A stretch of 64,000 bases of DNA. Origin: Alphaproteobacteria bacterium. Lineage in GTDB: Bacteria; Pseudomonadota; Alphaproteobacteria; SMXQ01. Location of the stretch: the NCBI GenBank assembly GCA_029863585.1, contig JAOTVC010000001.1, forward strand, positions 2,704 to 66,703, read 5' to 3'. The notes beneath the pieces are model-generated. The model searched no databases. It worked only from the letters and a program-made list of their open reading frames with translations, and was not told the DNA's origin. Within the stretch, counting starts at the first letter, position 1. Every line of letters begins with the position of its first letter. The position numbers and the translations under genes were made by a program. Of this stretch, positions 37,383 through 46,928 are shown one piece after another.

Positions 37383-38267
37383 ATGCGGCTCGTCACCTTC
37401 GCCGCCGGCGGCGGCGCGCCCGTTCCCGGCGCTCTGGACGAAGCGGGGCGGGTGCTGGACCTTTCCGCGGTGGCGCCCGACATGACCGCGCTGATCAGGG
37501 GCGGCGCCGAGGCGCTCGCCCGGGCGCGGTCTCTGGTGGACGGCGCGGGGCAAGGCGACTGGCTGGCCGCCGATGCCGTGCGGCTTTTGGCGCCGATCCC
37601 GCGGCCGGAAAAGAACATTCTCTGCGTCGGCAAGAACTATCACGCCCACGCGCGGGAGTTTCAGGGCTCGGGCTTCGACAAGTCGTCCGGCGGCACCGAC
37701 GTGCCGGAGCTTCCCATCATCTTCACCAAGGCGCCGACCAGCGTCATCGGGCCGGGGGACCCGGTGCCGAGCGGTCTCGATCCCACCCAGACCACCGATT
37801 ACGAGGGCGAGCTGGCGGTCGTCATCGGCACCGGCGGGCGCGGCATTGCCGCCGCCGACGCCTACGATCACGTGTTCGGCTACACCATCATCAACGATGT
37901 CACCGCCCGTGAAATCCAGCGCCGCCATGCCCAATGGTTCCTCGGCAAGTCGATCGACGGCTTCTGTCCCATGGGCCCCGCCATCGTGACCAAGGACGAA
38001 GTCGGCGACGTGACCGCGCTGCGCCTCACCACCCACGTCAACGGCGAGCTGCGCCAGGACGCCCGGGTGTCCGATCTGATCTTCGACGTGCCCACCTTGA
38101 TCGAGACGCTGTCCCTCGGCATGACGCTGGAGCCCGGCGACATCATTTCCACCGGCACCGCGGAAGGTGTCGGGATCGGCTTCAAGCCGCCCAAGTATCT
38201 CAAGCCAGGCGATGTGGTCAGGATCGAGATCGACCGCCTCGGCGCCCTTGAAAATCCTATTGCCTGA
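37383..38267 (+). CDS. FAH family protein (longer two-domain type)
   Basis: 294-aa ORF with [34 protein letters not shown] and [13 protein letters not shown]. Confidence 0.85.
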   Translation: MRLVTFAAGGGAPVPGALDEAGRVLDLSAVAPDMTALIRGGAEALARARSLVDGAGQGDWLAADAVRLLAPIPRPEKNILCVGKNYHAHAREFQGSGFDKSSGGTDVPELPIIFTKAPTSVIGPGDPVPSGLDPTQTTDYEGELAVVIGTGGRGIAAADAYDHVFGYTIINDVTAREIQRRHAQWFLGKSIDGFCPMGPAIVTKDEVGDVTALRLTTHVNGELRQDARVSDLIFDVPTLIETLSLGMTLEPGDIISTGTAEGVGIGFKPPKYLKPGDVVRIEIDRLGALENPIA

Positions 38268-38323
38268 ACCGGCGATACGCAAACGCCGGCCTCTCGGAAA
38301 CCTATACAGAAACGGAGTCTCCC

Positions 38324-38899
38324 ATGATCCTGCGCCGTCTCTTCGTGATTTCGCTGCTTGCCTGTCTTGCTGCCTTTGCCACCCAACCCGCCGCCGCCGG
38401 TCCCAAGGTGCGGTTGACGACGAACATGGGCGTGATCGAGCTCGAGCTCGACGACAAGAAGGCTCCTGGAACGGTGAAGAACTTCCTCTCCTACGTCGAA
38501 GGCGGCCATTACAACGGCACCATCTTCCACCGGGTGATCCGCGGCTTCATGATCCAGGGCGGCGGCTTCGGCCAGGACATGCGCCGCAAGTCGACCCGGG
38601 CGCCGATCCGCAACGAGGCCGACAACGGCCTGTCCAACCGCACCGGTACCATCGCCATGGCGCGGACATCGGATCCGCATTCGGCTTCCGCCCAGTTTTT
38701 CATCAACACGGTGGACAATGCCAACCTCGACCACCGCTCGAAGGACGAGCGGGGCTGGGGCTATGCCGTGTTCGGCCGGGTGGTGAAGGGCATGGACGTG
38801 GTGCGCCGGATCGAGGACGCGCGCACCACCAATGTCGGCCCCATGGGCAACGTGCCGCGCCAGCCCATCGTCATCGAAAAGGCCGAAACCCTGCGCTGA
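38324..38899 (+). CDS. ppiA: periplasmic peptidyl-prolyl cis-trans isomerase (cyclophilin type)
   Basis: Signal peptide, then [18 protein letters not shown] and [13 protein letters not shown]. Confidence 0.9.
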   Translation: MILRRLFVISLLACLAAFATQPAAAGPKVRLTTNMGVIELELDDKKAPGTVKNFLSYVEGGHYNGTIFHRVIRGFMIQGGGFGQDMRRKSTRAPIRNEADNGLSNRTGTIAMARTSDPHSASAQFFINTVDNANLDHRSKDERGWGYAVFGRVVKGMDVVRRIEDARTTNVGPMGNVPRQPIVIEKAETLR

Positions 38900-38958
38900 C
38901 AGGACCGCGCCCCCGCCCTATCCTGGGTGCGGACAAGAAAATCAGGGGAGGAGACGCC

Positions 38959-39654
38959 ATGGCCCGCATCAGGGTGCTGAGCGCGCCGGCCATCCGCCAG
39001 GGGTTGGCGGCGCTGGTCGAAGGCTTTAAGGCCGACACCGGCCACGCGGTCGACCTGGACTACGCATCCGGGCCCAATATCGGCAAGCGCATGGATACCG
39101 AACGCGACGTCTGCGACGTCGTGGTCGCGCCGGACGGCGTGATCGCGGCGCGCCGGGATACGGGCCGCTTCGGTCATGAGCGCGCCATCCCGGTCGGCGG
39201 CGTCGAAGCCGGCGTCGCCATCCGCACCGGCGCCCCGGTTCCCGATATCGCATCCGCCGATGCGGTGCGCCAGGCGCTCCTCAACGCCGAGGCCGTGGTG
39301 TTCAACAAGGCCTCGTCGGGCGACTTCATCGCCGAGATGATCACCGGACTCGGCGTCATGGAGGCGATCGCGGATCGCGTGACGCGGTTCGAGGACGGGC
39401 GCGAGGCGATGGAATTTTTGGCCAAGACGCAAGGCGACACGGCGCTCGGTTTTGGCCAGTCGACCGGCCTCAAGGTGCACGAGCCGCTCGGCATCACCGT
39501 GATCGGCGCGCTGCCGGAAGACATCGGCAACGTCACAACCTATATGGCGATGCGGATGCCCGAGGCGGGCGATTTCGATGCCGCGGAAGCTCTGGTCGAA
39601 TACCTCACCAACGAAGCGGGCCGCGCGCGGTTCCGGGAAACCGGCGTGATGTAG
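38959..39654 (+). CDS. signal-peptide-less periplasmic-binding-protein-fold protein (ModA-like), paralog of 22191-22889
   Basis: ATG 38959 is preceded by GGGGAGGAG. MARIRVLSAPAIRQG has no signal peptide. Collinear with the other copy (DTGH, VVVAPDG, NKASSG, GFGQ, NVTTY). Confidence 0.65.
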   Translation: MARIRVLSAPAIRQGLAALVEGFKADTGHAVDLDYASGPNIGKRMDTERDVCDVVVAPDGVIAARRDTGRFGHERAIPVGGVEAGVAIRTGAPVPDIASADAVRQALLNAEAVVFNKASSGDFIAEMITGLGVMEAIADRVTRFEDGREAMEFLAKTQGDTALGFGQSTGLKVHEPLGITVIGALPEDIGNVTTYMAMRMPEAGDFDAAEALVEYLTNEAGRARFRETGVM

Positions 39655-39658
39655 GCCT

Positions 39659-40894
39659 ATGGAAGACAATCTCACCACCGAACGGCCGACCTTCGTCACC
39701 CGCCTGGAATGCGGGGCGACCGGGGCGGCGTATGAGCCAGACAGGGTCTACAACCTGTCCGAGGCCGGCAAGCCCTTGCTGGTGCGCTATGATCTCGACG
39801 GGATCGGCAAGGCGGTCGCGCGCGACGACCTCGCCCTCCGGGCGCCGGACCTGTGGCGCTATCGCGAGCTGCTGCCGGTCCGCAAAGCGCGCAACATCGT
39901 CAGCCTGGGCGAGACCATGACCCCGGTGATCCCGTGCCCCGCCGTGACCCGGGCGCTTCGCTCCGGCGAGGTCCTGGTCAAGGACGAAGGCCGGCTTCCC
40001 ACCGGGTCGTTCAAGGCGCGTGGGCTGGTGATGGCGGTCTCCATGGCCAAGGAGCTCGGGATTGCGAAAATGGCGATGGCGACCAACGGCAATGCCGGGG
40101 CGGCGCTCGCCGCCTATTGCTCCCGCGCCGGCATCGAAAGCGTCGTGTTCTGCCCCGACGACACGCCGGAGATCAACGTCCGCGAGATCGCCTTGCAGGG
40201 GGCCAGGGTCTACCGGGTCAACGGGCTGATCAACGATTGCGGCAAGATCGTCGTCGACGGGCGCGAGGCCGCCGGCTGGTTCGAGGCGAACACGTTGAAA
40301 GAGCCCTACCGGATCGAGGGCAAGAAGACCATGGGCCTGGAGCTCGCCGAGCAACTGGGCTGGGACGTGCCCGACGTGATCCTCTATCCCACCGGCGGCG
40401 GCACCGGCTTGATCGGCATGTGGAAGGCCTTCGCGGAGCTGGGTGCCCTTGGCTGGCTCGGCGAAAAGCGCCCGCGCATGGTGGCGGTGCAGGCGGCGGG
40501 CTGCGCCCCCATCGTCAAGGCCTATAACGAAGGCCTGGACCATGCGGACCTGTGGCAGGGCGCCTTCACCATCGCCGCCGGCATCCGGGTGCCCGTCGCC
40601 ATCGGCGATTTCCTGATCCTCCAAGCGATCCGCGAATCGGGCGGCTTTGCCAGTGCCGTGGACGATGCGGCCATCGAAGCCGCGCGCACAGAGATGGCGG
40701 CCCGTGAAGGCCTGCTGCTGTGTCCGGAGGGCGCGGCGACCTTTGCCGCGCTCAAACAGGAACTTGCCAGCGGGCGGATCGCCAAGGACGAAAGGGTGGT
40801 CCTGTTCAACTGCGGCAACGGCCTCAAATACGACATGCCGCGCGCCGATCAGAAGCTGGATCTCAATGCCCCCATCGATTACGCGGCACTGTAA
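39659..40894 (+). CDS. threonine synthase-like PLP enzyme (tryptophan synthase beta superfamily)
   Basis: 411-aa ORF with the PLP lysine motif LPTGSFKARG and the GGGTGLIG glycine loop. Starts 4 nt after the binding-protein-like gene. Confidence 0.75.
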   Translation: MEDNLTTERPTFVTRLECGATGAAYEPDRVYNLSEAGKPLLVRYDLDGIGKAVARDDLALRAPDLWRYRELLPVRKARNIVSLGETMTPVIPCPAVTRALRSGEVLVKDEGRLPTGSFKARGLVMAVSMAKELGIAKMAMATNGNAGAALAAYCSRAGIESVVFCPDDTPEINVREIALQGARVYRVNGLINDCGKIVVDGREAAGWFEANTLKEPYRIEGKKTMGLELAEQLGWDVPDVILYPTGGGTGLIGMWKAFAELGALGWLGEKRPRMVAVQAAGCAPIVKAYNEGLDHADLWQGAFTIAAGIRVPVAIGDFLILQAIRESGGFASAVDDAAIEAARTEMAAREGLLLCPEGAATFAALKQELASGRIAKDERVVLFNCGNGLKYDMPRADQKLDLNAPIDYAAL

Positions 40895-40913
40895 TCGGGG
40901 GTGCCGCAGTTAG

Positions 40914-40931
40914 GGGGGCTCCCCCATTTTT
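40914..40931 (+). terminator. weak terminator after the threonine synthase-like gene
   Basis: GGGGG-GCT-CCCCC followed by ATTTTT, 20 nt after the stop. The stem is short. Confidence 0.4.
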
Positions 40932-41082
40932 GACCGTCATGCCCTGGGTCGTGCGGGAGCACGCATTCGCACGACTCCCGCGCATCCATAAACAACCTCG
41001 CCCTCGGCTCTGAGAGATCGCCCAGATGACCTGAGCGATGACGTGGTGGAGTTGGGCTGCGCAAAGAGAGCCCTTGCCGAAT

Positions 41083-41111
41083 CCTCATGCTTCGACGGGC
41101 TCAGCACGAGG
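41083..41111 (+). repeat. hairpin repeat family 2, copy a
   Basis: CCTCATGCTTCGACGGGCTCAGCACGAGG. It has the same architecture as 43671-43699, with the centre inverted. Confidence 0.6.
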
Positions 41112-41223
41112 GGCCGTCAATTTGAATTACCTCCTTAAGGAATCACGCCCCATGTCTGGCCGCGTGGTGATGTCATGCGGCCAAATTCTTCGGGCCGATC
41201 TGCTCAAGGTGATCGGCCTCCGG

Positions 41224-41264
41224 GCTTGTTAACCCGATGTCTGCTTTTGACCCTAAGCGGACAT
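41224..41264 (+). repeat. hairpin repeat family 1, copy R5 (GTTAAC on the left)
   Basis: GCTTGTTAACCCG followed by ATGTCTGCTTTTGACCCTAAGCGGACAT. Confidence 0.85.
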
Positions 41265-41466
41265 CGCTAGATTGAGTGTTTGCCGTAATCTGAGTGTAGC
41301 GATCTAGTCGAATGGTTCGAAAGGTAAAAGAACCGAAAAATGCAAAGGCAAAAACACCCATTATACTTCAAGATCGCTAGACCAGAATGTTTGCTTCGTT
41401 GCGCTTTTGCTACCGCCGAACCAGAATGACAGCGAAAATTGTACGGCGGGTCGGGGGGACGGTACT

Positions 41467-42915
41467 GTGTCGAACGACGCAAGAATATTTATCGGTGCCG
41501 GCACCAGCGCACAGTATCTGGAGCTGGCGCGCGCCAATCGTCATGGGCTGATCACCGGCGCCACGGGCACAGGCAAAACCGTAACCTTGCAAATCCTCGC
41601 AGAAGGGTTTTCCAGGGCAGGCGTGCCGGTGTTCCTAGCCGACGTCAAAGGGGATCTGTCGGGCCTCTGCCAGGCGGGCGAGGCAAAGGACTTTCTCATC
41701 AAGCGCGCCGAGGCCATCGGCCTCAGCGATTACGAGTTCGCGCCCGCGCCGACCATCTTCTGGGATGTTTTCGGCGAGAGTGGCCATCCGGTCCGCACAA
41801 CGATCTCGGAGATGGGGTCGTTGCTTTTGGCGCGCTTGCTCGAGTTGAACGAGACACAGGAAGGCGTGCTCTATATCGCGTTCCGGGTTGCCGACGATGA
41901 GGGGATGCTGCTGCTCGACCTCGACGATCTGCGGTCGATGCTGACGTTCCTGAGCGAGAACGCCGCAGAGATCGAGCGCGAATACGGCCGCGTGTCGGCC
42001 GCCTCGGTGGGGGCAATACAGCGCCGCCTGTTGACGCTGCAGGCGCAGGGCGGCGACCGATTTTTCGGCGAACCCGCGCTGCAGCTTGCCGACTTCATGA
42101 AGCAAACCTTCGACGGACGCGGCTTCGTCAACATTCTAGCCGCCGACCGGCTCATCGAATCGCCCCGGGTCTACGCCACCTTGCTGTTGTGGCTGCTGTC
42201 GGAGCTGTTTGAAGACCTGCCCGAGGTCGGCGATCCCGACCGGCCAAAGCTCGTATTTTTCTTCGACGAGGCGCATTTCCTGTTCGACGGCGCACCAAAA
42301 GCGCTGATCGAGCGGATTACGCAGGTTGTGCGCCTGATCCGTTCGAAAGGCGTCGGTGTCTACTTCGTCACCCAGAACCCGCTCGACATTCCCGACGACG
42401 TCCTTGGCCAGCTCGGCAACCGGGTCCAGCACGCATTGCGCGCCTACACGCCGCGCGACGCCAAAGCGGTGCGTGCGGCGGCGCAGACCTTTCGTCAGAA
42501 TCCGGCGATCGACACCGAGGCCGCGATCACCGAACTTGGCGTCGGCGAAGCGCTCGTTTCGACGCTCGACGTCAAGGGCGTGCCGAACATGGTCGATCGT
42601 GTGCTCGTGCGGCCGCCCGGCTCGCGCCTCGGCCCCGCCGACCCCGCAGAGCGCCAGTACGTGTTTGGCCGCAGCCCGGTCGCGGGCCGGTACGACAAGG
42701 AAGTCGACCGGGAGTCGGCGCACGAAATCCTCACGCGGCGCGCCGACGAGGCCGCGCGGCAGGCGGAGGCCGAACGCGAGCGCAAACCAAGCCCTCGGCG
42801 CTCTAACCGGCAAAGTATCGGCGAGGCGCTCGCCAAGTCGGTCGTTCGCTCGATCGGCAGCCGTATCGGGCGGGAGATCGTGCGGGGCATCCTGGGCTCG
42901 CTTTCGCGTCGCTAG
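41467..42915 (+). CDS. HerA-like P-loop NTPase, DUF853 (YjgR) family
   Basis: Walker A in [41 protein letters not shown] and Walker B in [13 protein letters not shown], with a basic C-terminal tail. I prefer GTG 41467, preceded by GGGGGGACGG. The ORF-track start at 41407 is also possible. Confidence 0.8.
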   Translation: MSNDARIFIGAGTSAQYLELARANRHGLITGATGTGKTVTLQILAEGFSRAGVPVFLADVKGDLSGLCQAGEAKDFLIKRAEAIGLSDYEFAPAPTIFWDVFGESGHPVRTTISEMGSLLLARLLELNETQEGVLYIAFRVADDEGMLLLDLDDLRSMLTFLSENAAEIEREYGRVSAASVGAIQRRLLTLQAQGGDRFFGEPALQLADFMKQTFDGRGFVNILAADRLIESPRVYATLLLWLLSELFEDLPEVGDPDRPKLVFFFDEAHFLFDGAPKALIERITQVVRLIRSKGVGVYFVTQNPLDIPDDVLGQLGNRVQHALRAYTPRDAKAVRAAAQTFRQNPAIDTEAAITELGVGEALVSTLDVKGVPNMVDRVLVRPPGSRLGPADPAERQYVFGRSPVAGRYDKEVDRESAHEILTRRADEAARQAEAERERKPSPRRSNRQSIGEALAKSVVRSIGSRIGREIVRGILGSLSRR

Positions 42916-43082
42916 CGCGGTCGCAGCCCTCAACGGAAGAATTGTGGACCCATTCATGCAGGGTAATGTGCCAAAAGTAGAAGTTGGTCGCGTTGACCGA
43001 ATTCCCGCCAATCCCATACGGTGGGTGGCAATCGTGGCGAAGCAAGATCACCGGTAGTGCATCCGGACAGGAAGGAGCAGTG

Positions 43083-43418
43083 ATGGCAGGCAAGTTTGAA
43101 ATCTACAAAGACAAGGCGGGCGAGTTCCGGTTTCGATTGAAGGCCGGCAACGGGCAGATAATCCTCGCCAGCGAAGGCTACAAACGAAAGGCGAGTGCGA
43201 CCAACGGCATCGAATCCGTTAAAAAGAACGCACCGTCGGATGTGAACTACGAGCGTAAGGAAACCAAATCGGGCGGCGTCATGTTCAACCTGTTGGCCGC
43301 CAACAAGCAGGTCATCGGCACCAGCGAGGTCTATAACAGCGCCGCGGCGCGCGACAATGGGGTGGAATCAGTGAAGTCCAACGCGCCGAATGCATCTGTC
43401 GACGACCTGAGCAGCTGA
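43083..43418 (+). CDS. YegP/DUF1508 (UPF0339) protein, two tandem repeats
   Basis: MAGKFEIYKDKAGEFRFRLKAGNGQIILASEGY...NGIESVKKNAP is repeated as FNLLAANKQVIGTSEVY...NGVESVKSNAP. The ATG is preceded by AGGAAGGAG. Confidence 0.8.
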   Translation: MAGKFEIYKDKAGEFRFRLKAGNGQIILASEGYKRKASATNGIESVKKNAPSDVNYERKETKSGGVMFNLLAANKQVIGTSEVYNSAAARDNGVESVKSNAPNASVDDLSS

Positions 43419-43506
43419 TATTGTTTTTGGTGGCAGGTGGCGTTGCAATGCCGCCGCGATAACACGCGCCATTTAATCAAGTCAGGCTGTCTTGGCAGTC
43501 AGTAAG

Positions 43507-43542
43507 ATGGCAGCCTCGGCTAAAAGCAGACATCAGGTTAAC
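43507..43542 (-). repeat. hairpin repeat family 1, copy R6 (GGTTAAC on the right, left arm decayed)
   Basis: ATGGCAGCCTCGGCTAAAAGCAGACAT followed by CAGGTTAAC. Confidence 0.7.
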
Positions 43543-43670
43543 GTTGGAAAAAGAGGCGCATCGGTAATCGCCAACGGTGCAAGTCCCCTCTGCCATCTTC
43601 CCTCGTTCTTGCCCAGCACTCTCACCCGACGGATGATTTTGGCTGACACAACCTGGGCTTATTCGGGGGG

Positions 43671-43699
43671 CCTCATCCGGAGCTTGTCGAAGGACGAGG
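43671..43699 (-). repeat. hairpin repeat family 2, copy b (inverted relative to copy a)
   Basis: CCTCATCCGGAGCTTGTCGAAGGACGAGG. Its centre GAGCTTGTCGAA is the reverse complement of TTCGACGGGCTC in copy a, apart from 2 mismatches. Confidence 0.6.
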
Positions 43700-43768
43700 T
43701 TGATGCAGGGTCGCGAAAAACGGTCTTGTTTCAAGAACTCTTTAATTAAATGATTATTTAAACAAGGC

Positions 43769-45946
43769 CTATTTCTCGCGCCGGGCCGCGGCCAGCATGG
43801 CGCGCACCCGGTCCGGCGTGAACGGGATCTCGCGCAGGCGCGCAGCCGTTGCATGGGCCACCGCGTTGGCCAGCGCCGCACCCCCTGGTCCCTGGCTGCC
43901 TTCGCCGGAGCCGAGGTACGGTTCTCCCGGCCGGTTGATGAGAATGGCCTCCACCGGCGGGGCGTCGGGGAAGGTGAGGATGGGGTAGGTTTCCCAATCG
44001 ACGCTTTCGATCCGCTGGGGGCCGAAGCGCACGCGTTCCTTCAGGGTCCAGCTGATGGCCTGGAGCACGCCGCCTTCGAGCTGGCAGGCGAGCCCGTCCC
44101 GGCTGACCACCTGGCCCGCGTCGCCCGCCACCACGGCGCGCAGCACCCGGATGACGCCGGTATCGGCGTTCACCTCCACTTCCATGGCGACGGCGGCGAA
44201 GGCCTTGCCGTTCTTATAGCGATTGAAGGCGATGCCCTTGCCGGTGCCTGCGCCGGCGGGGCCGGGCGGCCAGCCGATGGCTTGCGCCGCGGCTTCCAGC
44301 ACGGCGCGGCCGCGCTCGTCCTTGAGGTGCCGCAGGCGGAATTCCAACGGATCCGCCCCCGCCGCTTCCGCCAGCTCGTCCATGAAGGATTCGATGGCGA
44401 AGATGTTGGCGTAATTGCCGAGCCCCCTAAACGAGCTGGTGCGCAGCGGCGTCTCGGCGACGAAATGATTGACCACGCGCTGGGCCGGCAGGTCGTAATA
44501 CGACCAGGCATTGCGATGGGCGCCCGATTCGTTGGAGAAATTGGGCTTTGCCGGCGGCCTTTGCCGCGCCGGCTCCCGGTGCCAGTCGGCCAGCAGGCTC
44601 GAATGGGTCTCCGTGGTCGGGCGCGGGCGGCCCTGATGGGTGGTCGACCACAGGTCGAGGTTCCAGTCGATGATGTTACCGTCTCCGTCGAGGCTGGCAT
44701 TGGTCATCACCGCCATGGCCGGGCTGTAGGGCTCCCACATGTGCTCATCGGCCCGCATCCATTGCAGGCGCACCGGGCGGCCGGGCACGGCCTGGGCCAG
44801 CAGGGCGGCATCCAGGCAAACGTCGTCGGCCCCGTTATGGCCGTAGCATCCGGCACCTTGGGCGTGGATGATGGTGATGGCGTCCTCGTCCAGGCCCAGG
44901 GAGCCCGCGAGCGCCCGGCGCAGCGGGTAGGGGCCCTGGCTCGGCCCCCAGATGGTGAGCCGCCCGTCCTCGAACTTGGCCACCGCCGCCGATGGGGCGA
45001 GGGAGGCATGCATGTGATAGGGCTTGGTGTAGCTGGCCTCGATGGTCTGGACCGCGCCTGTCGGCACGTTGATCTCCGGCGGCTCTTGCTCCCGGGGCGT
45101 GCCGTCGATCACCGGGTGGGCGGCGCTTTCGTTCTCGATCAGCCAGGCGCCGAGCGTTTCCTCGTCGGGCAGCCCGGCGCTTTCCTGCCAAGTCGCACTT
45201 TCGGCCAAGGCGTCACGCGCCTTCACCGCCGCCCATTCGCTCTCGGCGATCAATCCTAAGAAGCTGCCGCTTTTCACCACCTCGATGACGCCGTCCATGG
45301 CCTGGGCGGCGTCCGCGTCGGCGGATTTCAGCACCGCGCCATAGGACGGCGGGCGCACGACGCGGCCGTGGAGCATGCCGTCCATGGCCAGGTCGTGGAC
45401 GAAGGCCGGCGCGCCGGTCACCTTGGCGACGGCGTCGAGCTCGGGGATCGCCGTGCCCACCAGGGTATGCAGGCTGGGGTCCTTGGGTTTGACTGCGCCG
45501 GTCGCCTCGCCCTCGATCGGGGTGCCGCCCTGCAGCTCCCAATAGGTCATCTGCTGGTTGGTGGCGGGGCTGCGGATGGTGCCGTCCTCGACCAATAGGC
45601 TGGCGGCATCGACGCCGAGCCGTTCGGCGGCCTGCTTGAGCAGCACGGCGCGGGCTTCGGCCGCGACCTGATGCATGGCGCGCCCGGATTCCTCCATGGA
45701 GCCCGAGCCCGAGGTGACGCCTTCGTCGACCACGTCGCCGGTGATGCCGCTGACGATGCGGATGCGGTCGAGCGACACGTCGAGTTCCTCGGCGGCGATC
45801 ATGGCGACGGCGGTGCGGATGCCCTGGCCGATTTCCACCTTGCCGGTCTTGACCGTCACCGTGCCGTCGCTCTCGATGGCGATCCAGCTGGCGATCCGCG
45901 CGTCCTTCCTCAGGCTGCCCGGGAGGTTGGTGCCGCCGCCGCTCAT
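43769..45946 (-). CDS. molybdopterin-dependent hydroxylase large subunit (IorB / aldehyde oxidase-xanthine dehydrogenase family), cytoplasmic type
   Basis: 725 aa from ATG 45946 (MSGGGTNLPGSL), in an ATGA overlap with the small-subunit stop. GKVEIGQGIRTAVAMIAAEEL and a C-terminal GSGEGSQGPGGAALANAV. No Tat leader. Confidence 0.85.
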   Translation of the reverse strand: MSGGGTNLPGSLRKDARIASWIAIESDGTVTVKTGKVEIGQGIRTAVAMIAAEELDVSLDRIRIVSGITGDVVDEGVTSGSGSMEESGRAMHQVAAEARAVLLKQAAERLGVDAASLLVEDGTIRSPATNQQMTYWELQGGTPIEGEATGAVKPKDPSLHTLVGTAIPELDAVAKVTGAPAFVHDLAMDGMLHGRVVRPPSYGAVLKSADADAAQAMDGVIEVVKSGSFLGLIAESEWAAVKARDALAESATWQESAGLPDEETLGAWLIENESAAHPVIDGTPREQEPPEINVPTGAVQTIEASYTKPYHMHASLAPSAAVAKFEDGRLTIWGPSQGPYPLRRALAGSLGLDEDAITIIHAQGAGCYGHNGADDVCLDAALLAQAVPGRPVRLQWMRADEHMWEPYSPAMAVMTNASLDGDGNIIDWNLDLWSTTHQGRPRPTTETHSSLLADWHREPARQRPPAKPNFSNESGAHRNAWSYYDLPAQRVVNHFVAETPLRTSSFRGLGNYANIFAIESFMDELAEAAGADPLEFRLRHLKDERGRAVLEAAAQAIGWPPGPAGAGTGKGIAFNRYKNGKAFAAVAMEVEVNADTGVIRVLRAVVAGDAGQVVSRDGLACQLEGGVLQAISWTLKERVRFGPQRIESVDWETYPILTFPDAPPVEAILINRPGEPYLGSGEGSQGPGGAALANAVAHATAARLREIPFTPDRVRAMLAAARREK

Positions 45947-46413
45947 TTGGCCGTCTCCCTGGCCGCCTTCTTGACGGCTTCGATCACCCTGGGATGGCTG
46001 CCGCAGCGGCAGAGGTTGTCCTGCAGGGCGGTGCGGATGGCGGCCTCGCTGGGTTCGGGATCGCGGTCCAGAAGCCCCTTGGCGGTGACGATCAGCCCGG
46101 GGGTGCAATAGCCGCACTGGAAGGCGTGTTCGTCGATGAAGGCCCGCTGCAGCGGATGGAGATTGTCGCCATCGGCCACGCCTTCGATGGTGACGATGTC
46201 CCGCCCCTTGGCTTCGCCCAAGGTGGTCTTGCAGGAGAAGGCGCGTTCGCCGTCGATCAGCACGGAACATGATCCGCATTGTTCGGTGCCGCAGCCGTAT
46301 TTGGTGCCGCTGAGGCCCAGCCGATCGCGCAACGCGTAGAGCAGCGGCATGTCGCCGTCGCCGTCCACTTGCCGCTCGACCCCGTTGATGGTGAGGTTGA
46401 AGATCTCCGCCAT
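45943..46413 (-). CDS. [2Fe-2S]-binding small subunit (IorA/CoxS-like)
   Basis: 156 aa from ATG 46413 (MAEIFNLTINGV). Carries GCGTEQCGSCSV and QCGYCTPG...LCRCGSH cysteine clusters. Confidence 0.9.
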   Translation of the reverse strand: MAEIFNLTINGVERQVDGDGDMPLLYALRDRLGLSGTKYGCGTEQCGSCSVLIDGERAFSCKTTLGEAKGRDIVTIEGVADGDNLHPLQRAFIDEHAFQCGYCTPGLIVTAKGLLDRDPEPSEAAIRTALQDNLCRCGSHPRVIEAVKKAARETAK

Positions 46414-46592
46414 GGCCCTCCCTTTCCAAAAGGGGGCATGCGCCCATTTGCTGGGTTTTCCCGCCCCCGTCAAGGATGCCTCTTTGTGGCGCGGGGGGCC
46501 GGGGCCTGTCAAGGTGCGGCGCCCCGGGGTCTTGTATAATCGGGGCTCAGCCGTTATTTCTGGAACACGCAAATCCAGGGAGATGACCCAAG

Positions 46593-46928
46593 ATGAACGA
46601 TATTGTGCCCGGCAGCGGCGACGACGTGCTCGCGACCGCGGCCAAATGGAAAGACGAAGGCCGCGAGGTCGCGTTGGCGACCGTGGTGACGACCTGGGGC
46701 TCTTCGCCGCGCCCGGTGGGCAGCCAGCTGGCGGTCGATGACAAAGGGAATTTCTCGGGCTCGGTTTCCGCCGGCTGCGTCGAGAGCGCGGTCGTCGAGG
46801 CGGCCTCCGAGGTGATCGCCGAGGGCAAGGCCAGGCTGCTCGAATTCGGCATCGCCGACGACCAGGCTTGGGAAGTGGGCCTCAGCTGCGGCGGCAACAT
46901 CAAGATCTTTCTGGAGAAGGTCGAATGA
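46593..46928 (+). CDS. XdhC/CoxI family maturation factor, N-terminal-domain protein
   Basis: 111-aa ORF with VALATVVTTWGSSPRPVGSQLAV...GSVSAGCVE, typical of the XdhC_CoxI N-domain. Confidence 0.8.
   Translation: MNDIVPGSGDDVLATAAKWKDEGREVALATVVTTWGSSPRPVGSQLAVDDKGNFSGSVSAGCVESAVVEAASEVIAEGKARLLEFGIADDQAWEVGLSCGGNIKIFLEKVE

Noticed and set aside
40930-41000. Sequence resembling a further widespread alphaproteobacterial intergenic repeat (GTCATGCCC...GCATCCATAAACAACC, translating as VMPWVV...RIHKQP).
   Set aside because: There is only one copy in this window, so I cannot establish it as a repeat from the sequence given.
41297-41379. 9-bp inverted repeat TAGCGATCT ... AGATCGCTA, 65 bp apart, upstream of the DUF853 gene as a possible operator pair.
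   Set aside because: The arms are short, it is a single occurrence, and it partly overlaps the flank of repeat copy R5. Chance or repeat-derived origin cannot be excluded.
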